Assembly: GCA_016748015.1 (NCBI GenBank)
Contig: JAAOMT010000014.1
Span: 14,131-25,033, forward strand
Origin: Geosiphon pyriformis uo1
Lineage: Eukaryota > Fungi > Glomeromycota
Direction of reading: 5' to 3'
Length of the DNA: 10,903 nt
The notes under the pieces were generated by a model that saw nothing but the letters and a program-made list of their open reading frames with translations, had not been told where the DNA came from and searched no databases. The translations under genes and the position numbers were made by a program. Of this stretch, positions 8,607-10,903 are shown one piece after another (position 1 is the stretch's first letter; the number at the start of each line of letters is the position of its first letter).

Positions 8607-9029
8607 CTCAAATACTTCAACAACAACGAACAAGAAATAAAACCCGAAAAAGCACATGAAATTGATGCTGGATATGACTTAAGATATCCAGACAAGAATA
8701 CTCTTATTCTCAAACCCAAATCTCTCACAAAAATCAACCTCAAAATTGCTCTTGAAATCCCACTAGGAGCAATGGTTCAAATCGCCTCCCAGTCCTCTCT
8801 GGCAAGCAAAAAAATCAATGTTAGAGAAGAAATAATTGATGCTGGATATACTGGTGACATAACAGTAATACTCCAAAACGAAACTGACAAGCCATTTAAA
8901 ATTGAACATGCTGAAAAAATTGCCCAAGTCATTTATTTACCCTTAATCAACATTTTGGGTTTACAATTAGTCAATCAAAGAGAACTATTGGGAAAAAGTA
9001 AAAGAGGAACCCAAGGTTTTGGTTCAACT
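8607..9029 (+). pseudogene. dut: Trimeric-type dUTPase domain within the polyprotein (motifs II and III mutated)
   Basis: Five motifs in order: AGYDL (8667), SQSS (for xRSS), EEIIDAGYTG (for GxID..YxG), EKIAQ, RGTQGFGST. Confidence 0.93.
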
Positions 9030-9114
9030 GAACAATTCACAGTTCCAGTAAACATAGCTCTTAATAAACAAAGTGAATCTCACTAGATTCTATGACTTCC
9101 ACAACCAATTACTA

Positions 9115-9336
9115 TTCTACACCTGTGAAAATGTCCTACAAAACCCAATTTTACAACCTTTGAAGATTCAATACATTGGAAAGCTCACAGAACTGAAATT
9201 TCAACAATTTTCAGACCAAATTTCTTCAATAATTTTGGAGTATTATCTGGAAATTACAGACAGTACTTGGACTTTGACGGAGCTCAGTCTTGAGGAGGAG
9301 GTTATATTACCAGACAAAATTAGAGATATTGTTTAG
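9115..9336 (+). pseudogene. C-terminal remnant of accessory 3' ORF, reading through the PPT into the 3' LTR
   Basis: FYTCENVLQNPILQPLKIQYIGKLTELKFQQFSDQISSIILEYY aligns ungapped to 1751-1882 (12/44 identical). Confidence 0.65.
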
Positions 9337-9973
9337 CATGAAATTACCCTTATAAATCTTATCATTAATTAGCATATATTATCGTTTCAAATTATCACTT
9401 ATNNNNNNNNNNNNNNNNNNNNNNNNNNNNNNNNNNNNNNNNNNNNNNNNNNNNNNNNNNNNNNNNNNNNNNNNNNNNNNNNNNNNNNNNNNNNNNNNNN
9501 NNNNNNNNNNNNNNNNNNNNNNNNNNNNNNNNNNNNNNNNNNNNNNNNNNNNNNNNNNNNNNNNNNNNNNNNNNNNNNNNNNNNNNNNNNNNNNNNNNNN
9601 NNNNNNNNNNNNNNNNNNNNNNNNNNNNNNNNNNNNNNNNNNNNNNNNNNNNNNNNNNNNNNNNNNNNNNNNNNNNNNNNNNNNNNNNNNNNNNNNNNNN
9701 NNNNNNNNNNNNNNCCCAATTTTACAACCTTTGAAGATTCAATACATTGGAAAGCTCACAGAACTGAAATTTCAACAATTTTCAGACCAAATTTCTTCAA
9801 TAATTTTGGAGTATTATCTGGAAATTACAGACAGTACTTGGATTTCGATGAAGCTCAGTCTTGAGGAGAAGGTTATATTACCAGACAAAATTAGAGATAT
9901 TGTTTAGCATGAAATTACCCTTATAAATCTTATCATTAATTAGCATATATTATCGTTTCAAATTATCACTTAT
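9144..9973. repeat. 259-bp duplication flanking the N gap (9144-9402 = 9715-9973), probable scaffolding overlap
   Basis: Identical except for 5 transitions clustered just before and within the PPT. The copies end and start exactly at the gap 9403-9714. Confidence 0.85.
9292..9301 (+). other. Polypurine tract (second copy 9863-9872)
   Basis: gaggaggagg / gaggagaagg, 3 nt before the LTR start (9305 / 9876). Confidence 0.85.
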
Positions 9974-10848
9974 TACATTAACAAAATGTCCGAAATTATC
10001 ATTTAATTAATAACCCAATTTGTACATAACACAAATGTAACCTAAGTGCAATGATTAATTATGCAATACTCCAAAATATGTAACATTCAAAAGTTTGCCG
10101 AAATTTGTAGAAATTTGCTGAAATAATTGATAGTTTATCAAAATATCTAATAGTTCACAGAAATAACTTGTAGTTTGCCGAAATGTATTTTTAGTTCAGC
10201 AAAATTGTAGAAAAAAACAAAGTTCAAGTTTATAGAATAGTGTTACAACAAATCATATAAAAGAAGAGCTTCTCTCTTTGAGAAAATATATCTTATTTCA
10301 GATTCAACAATTAGAATCATTCTTTATACACAAAACAAAATAAATATCAAATAAATTCGAAAAGCCAAATTCTTAATTATTTCCCTTAAAATTAACCAAT
10401 TCCTACCAACAGTTTGAAATTGACTAGCTACCAATTTCAGTAAACTGTTAAAGCAGATCCGAAATGACTTTAACAAATCAATTCCTCATTTTTCTTTCTT
10501 TGTTTTTCTTTTTCTTTTTCTTCTTTTCTTATTATAATCATTAGGGTAGCCTACAGACAAGAATTCCTGTAGAAGAGTTGACTTTCACAGTAAAGTAACT
10601 ACACATATTTAGTGAGCTTCCAGATGAGCAATTCCTGGGAAAGAGTTGACATTTACTACAACATAACTACATAAAGTAACTGGCATAGAATTGGCCATTC
10701 TACTTATAAGCCCAGCAGTTCAAATTATAAGAAATAATTTGAAGATAAATTCAGTTACTGGAGGTTCAACCACATTCAGAAAACGTAAATTCACAGCAAA
10801 CAGGCATCAACAACATTTAAGAAAAGAGACCAAAAATCTTCAGTAACA
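9876..10848 (+). repeat. 3' LTR (973 bp)
   Basis: Begins tattaccag (TG to TA), ends cagtaaca, and lacks the 12 bp cttccaggccta present in the 5' LTR. Confidence 0.95.
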
Positions 10849-10852
10849 ATAT

Positions 10853-10903
10853 TAAGTTTGTGGTGGACTTATACTACACTAAAATATAGCTTATTAGATC
10901 TAA
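10853..10903 (+). pseudogene. Continuation of the interrupted LINE-like ORF2
   Basis: Joining 4208 to 10853 gives ...VEYIKFVVDLYYTKI*LIRS, resembling the IWxxR motif near LINE ORF2 C-termini. Confidence 0.6.

Larger units (their letters stand above)
5190..9086 (+). pseudogene. Single-frame gag-protease-zinc finger-dUTPase polyprotein pseudogene
   Basis: Track ORFs 5454, 6279, 7911 and 8283 share one frame. Manual translation shows no frameshift over ~3.9 kb, only ~18 point stops (e.g. 5355, 5826, 6258, 6630, 7392, 7521, 8280). Confidence 0.9.
4209..10848 (+). mobile_element. LTR retroelement, probably Ty3/gypsy-like, non-autonomous, dUTPase-bearing
   Basis: Two ~94% identical LTRs, termini TGTTAC...GTAACA, PBS, PPT, flanks ACAT/ATAT, gag-protease-dUTPase frame, no RT/RH/IN motifs. 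The superfamily call is inferred from Gag and protease type only. Confidence 0.95.

Noticed and set aside
8283-9086. Stand-alone host dUTPase gene
   Set aside because: It is a stop-delimited piece of the retroelement polyprotein frame between LTRs, with mutated motifs II and III.

Overview
AT-rich eukaryotic repeat nest with four N gaps and no intact host gene; a fungal, possibly Glomeromycota-like origin is my inference only. The main feature is a ~6.6 kb LTR retroelement (4209-10848) with ~980 bp LTRs, an 18-nt PBS, a PPT and a probable 4-bp TSD. It holds one decayed reading frame encoding a long N-terminal extension, Gag capsid, CCHC knuckle, aspartic protease, three Cys clusters and a dUTPase. 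No RT, RNase H or integrase is present. It inserted into a decayed LINE-like ORF2 with an RNase H domain. To the left are the 3' end of a sister LTR element (accessory 3' ORF, PPT, LTR) and a minus-strand gag-like fragment. Most notable: the protease/zinc-finger/dUTPase architecture, an unknown pre-PPT ORF family shared by two elements, a duplicated two-hairpin RNA module with compensatory changes in the LTR, and helically phased CpG-decayed motif arrays in both LTR families. All counts are manual.
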